NCBI GenBank assembly: GCA_963702425.1
Contig: CAVPCQ010000006.1
Span: 288,001-352,000, forward strand
Origin: an uncultured Acidobacteriota bacterium
Lineage (GTDB): Bacteria; Acidobacteriota; Polarisedimenticolia; J045
Length of the DNA: 64,000 bases
Direction: 5' to 3'
The notes under the pieces are model-generated. The model did not search any database. It was not told the origin of the DNA and worked only from the letters and a program-made list of their open reading frames with translations. Positions 61,337 through 64,000 of this stretch are shown piece by piece. The first letter of the stretch is position 1, and every line of letters starts with the position of its first letter. Both the position numbers and the translations under genes were made by a program.

Positions 61337-61771
61337 ATGAAGACCACGCGAGTCGCGCTGGGCCTGCTGATCGCCGCGGTCCTGCTGATCTCCGTCGTTC
61401 CCAGCGCCCACGCGACGTCGATCAGCGCGCGCGTGGAGGGCCTGTTCGTCGTCGGCGACCAGATCTTCGACGGGGGCGACGTCGTCATCCGTTCGGTCGG
61501 AAGCGGTCTCCTCGCGATCCTGATCAACGGCCGTCAGGTCGCCCTCCTTCACCGCCAGGACTTCGGAGCCCGCCCGCCCCACTCGGTTCCGTATCTCGAG
61601 TTCCGGATTGACGACCAGGGTCTGCCGCACCTCGCCGCGGTCCGCTTCCGCTCCGAGCGGGGCGAGAGCACGGCGCTGATTGCGCTCAGGCCGGCCGCCT
61701 TGTCGCCGGGGCTGCTCACGCTCCCCTACCGCTTCCCGCAGTCCGAGCCGACGCTGCGCGCCGCGCGTTAG
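61337..61771 (+). CDS. small secreted hypothetical protein
   Basis: Strong SD; Sec signal MKTTRVALGLL..AHA. Confidence 0.65.
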   Translation: MKTTRVALGLLIAAVLLISVVPSAHATSISARVEGLFVVGDQIFDGGDVVIRSVGSGLLAILINGRQVALLHRQDFGARPPHSVPYLEFRIDDQGLPHLAAVRFRSERGESTALIALRPAALSPGLLTLPYRFPQSEPTLRAAR

Positions 61772-61789
61772 GCCGCGGAAGGGGCGACT

Positions 61790-63106
61790 TCACTCGGCCG
61801 GCGCGCGCGCGGCGAGCGCGCGCTGGCGCCGGCCGAGCCACGCCGCCAACCCGACCCAGGCCGCACCGAGCGGCAGCGACGCGAGCGCGAGGACCCCCGC
61901 ACCCGCCCCCAGCGCCGCCAACAGCCGGTCGGCCCAGGCGCCGACCACGTCCCCGCCGCGATAGACGAAGGTGTCGATCAGGCTCTTGGCGGTGTACTTC
62001 TCGTCGCGCGTCACGACGGTGAAGAGGACCTCGCGGGCGGGCCGGACGAGGGCGAACTCGGCGGCGCGGCGCAGCACCTGCACGCCCACGAGCACCGGGA
62101 CAGCCGGCACCAGCGCGAGCGCGGCGTACCCTCCCGCGCTGAGCAGCGGCATCACGGCCAGGCTCGCGCCGAGGCCGACCCAGCCGATGATCCGTCCGGT
62201 CAGGAAGACCTGCGTCGTCAGCGCGATCAGGTTGACCGCCAGGTCCATCCGCGCGAAGAACGCGACCCGCGAGGCGGAGTCGGCAAAAGCCGCCCGCGTG
62301 ATCCGGGCCTGCTCGAAGTAGAGGAAGGTCGAGCTGACCGCGTAGAGCAGGATGAACAGGCAGATCCCGGCGAGATACGGGGAGCGTGCGATCAACCGAA
62401 ACCCCTCGAGCCAGGCCCTCGGCCCGGTGAGCCCGATTTCGCCAGGCGGCGCCGGAACGCTCCGGGGCTCCGCGATGCGCGTCAGTCTCCGCACGGCCAG
62501 CACGGCACCCTCCAGCAGCAGCGCGGCGAGCAGCAGGAGCTGCGTCGCGCCGAGCGCGTGCACCAGGCCGGCCGTGAGCGCCCCGCCGGTGATCGCCCCG
62601 ACCGTCCCCCCCACCCCGACCAGTCCGAAGAGCCGCTTGCCCTGCGCCGCGCTCCAGATGTCGGCCATGAAGCCCCAGAAGACCGACACGGCGAAGAGGT
62701 TGAAGATGCTGACCCAGACGAAGAAGACGCGGGCCACCGGCAGCGCGGCGTCGGCCGGCATCGTGCGCAGCAGCACGTAGAAGACGAGCAGTGTCGCCGC
62801 GAGCAGGTGGTAGACCACCGGGATGAAGACCTGCCGCGGAAACCGGCGCACGAGCGCTCCGAACAGCGGGTTGAGCGCGACCGTCCCGGCGAGCGTCCCG
62901 ACGAAGAGCCAGCTCAGCGCGTCGTCGGTGCCGCGCAGCCCCATCTCGTCGCGCAGCGGACGGATGACGTAGTAGGAGGAGAGCAGCAGGAAGAAGTAGG
63001 CGCACGACCAGGCGAGGGCCCGCCCCTCACCCGGCTCGACGCGCGCCAGCCTGCCGAGCCGCGCCCCGAGGGCGGCGACGGGGCCGCGCGCGCCACCTGC
63101 GCTCAT
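61790..63106 (-). CDS. MFS transporter, NTP/ATP:ADP translocase (TLC)-like
   Basis: YYVIRPLRDEMG, VFWGFMADIW..KRLFG, RPAREVLFT..KYTAKSLIDTFVYRGGD. Confidence 0.85.
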   Translation of the reverse strand: MSAGGARGPVAALGARLGRLARVEPGEGRALAWSCAYFFLLLSSYYVIRPLRDEMGLRGTDDALSWLFVGTLAGTVALNPLFGALVRRFPRQVFIPVVYHLLAATLLVFYVLLRTMPADAALPVARVFFVWVSIFNLFAVSVFWGFMADIWSAAQGKRLFGLVGVGGTVGAITGGALTAGLVHALGATQLLLLAALLLEGAVLAVRRLTRIAEPRSVPAPPGEIGLTGPRAWLEGFRLIARSPYLAGICLFILLYAVSSTFLYFEQARITRAAFADSASRVAFFARMDLAVNLIALTTQVFLTGRIIGWVGLGASLAVMPLLSAGGYAALALVPAVPVLVGVQVLRRAAEFALVRPAREVLFTVVTRDEKYTAKSLIDTFVYRGGDVVGAWADRLLAALGAGAGVLALASLPLGAAWVGLAAWLGRRQRALAARAPAE

Positions 63107-63146
63107 CGGGCGCCCGCGAGCCGGCCGGGGCGCGGCGCGACCGGCC

Positions 63147-64000
63147 TCACTTGCCGGCGCCCGGCTCCGGTTTCGCCTTGGCCGCCTCGGCGCGCCACGC
63201 GGCCAGCACTTCGGCCTCGCGCGCGGCGCCGAGGCCTGCCCGCATCTTGGCGCGGCGCTCCTCCGGCACCGTCTTCCACCAGGCGAGCGTGTCGCGCACG
63301 GTGTCGTCGACCGGGCGGAAGGTCAGCCCGGCTGCTGTCCCCCGGGCGATGCTGACCCGGGCGAAGCCGGCCATGTCACCGACCGGTGGAACCCAGACCG
63401 GCATGTCGGACCAGGGCGCCACCTGCTGCGCCTCGAGGAACGCGTTCGGCACCCAGGTGAACGCGGCGTCGCTGCCGGACACCCGCTTGCAGCTCGCCAG
63501 CAGCTCGCCGATCGGCAGCGGCTGCTTCGGTCCGGTCGCGTTGTAGACCCCCGTGCGGTTCTTCTCGATCATCAGCACGATCCAGTTCCCGAGGTCGCGC
63601 ACGTCGATGAACTGGGTCGGGTCCTGCGGCGTGCCGGGGGCGAGCACCTCGCCGCCCTTCGCGACCCGAACCGGCCAGTAGGTGAAGCGGTCCGACGGGT
63701 CGTTCGGGCCGACGATCAGGCCCGGGCGAACGACGGTCGTCCGCCCCGGCATCGCCTTCTCGACCGCCTGCTCGCACAGCGCCTTCAGCGGCCCGTAGCT
63801 CTCGCCGTCCACCTTCTCGACCGTGGTGTCCTCGAGCGTGCCGACCGCCGCGGTCTCGTCTGCGCCGGGCTTGCCGTTGTCGGCGTAGACCGAGATCGTG
63901 GAGACGAAGAGGTACTGGCGCACGGCGGGAGCGAGCAGCGAGGCCGAGGCGAGGACCTGCCGGGGCACATACCCCGAGGTGTCGACGACGGCATCCCAGC
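63147..64000 (-). CDS. NAD-dependent epimerase/dehydratase (isoflavone reductase-like), 5' end outside the window
   Basis: YLFVSTISVY, YGPLKALCE, RPGLIVGPND..DRFTYW. Confidence 0.85.
   Translation of the reverse strand, partial: WDAVVDTSGYVPRQVLASASLLAPAVRQYLFVSTISVYADNGKPGADETAAVGTLEDTTVEKVDGESYGPLKALCEQAVEKAMPGRTTVVRPGLIVGPNDPSDRFTYWPVRVAKGGEVLAPGTPQDPTQFIDVRDLGNWIVLMIEKNRTGVYNATGPKQPLPIGELLASCKRVSGSDAAFTWVPNAFLEAQQVAPWSDMPVWVPPVGDMAGFARVSIARGTAAGLTFRPVDDTVRDTLAWWKTVPEERRAKMRAGLGAAREAEVLAAWRAEAAKAKPEPGAGK

Overview
Very GC-rich bacterial chromosomal window. The host is not determinable from the sequence alone; GC is well above Geobacter-like values, and some features hint at Acidobacteriota. 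Many otherwise intact genes carry single-base frameshifts, most likely long-read assembly errors, so several long ORFs in the track are artefactual fusions. The centrepiece (about 11.4-31.7 kb) is a roughly 19 kb minus-strand extracellular-electron-transfer locus. In order it holds: an NHL protein, a c-di-GMP-I (GEMM) riboswitch, an OmcS-type hexaheme nanowire cytochrome, a hairpin, a beta-propeller lipoprotein, an outer-membrane beta-barrel, two CsgG-like proteins, a SurA/PPIase-like chaperone, 26-heme and 16-heme cytochromes, a second NHL protein, a PhnD-like lipoprotein, a heme-c-containing histidine kinase, a sigma54 activator and a second OmcS-like cytochrome. It is driven by a perfect sigma54 promoter. 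A convergent REC-PilZ gene has its own sigma54 promoter, an IHF site and shared upstream boxes. Also present: hemH, tnaA, a TPR-pseudokinase-kinase, four TMTC-like glycosyltransferases, a CarH-like B12 regulator facing another hexaheme cytochrome, several PLP/cysteine-catabolic enzymes, a modular subtilase and a candidate sigma54-dependent small RNA at about 57.1-57.25 kb. No rRNA, tRNA, CRISPR array or transposase was recognised.
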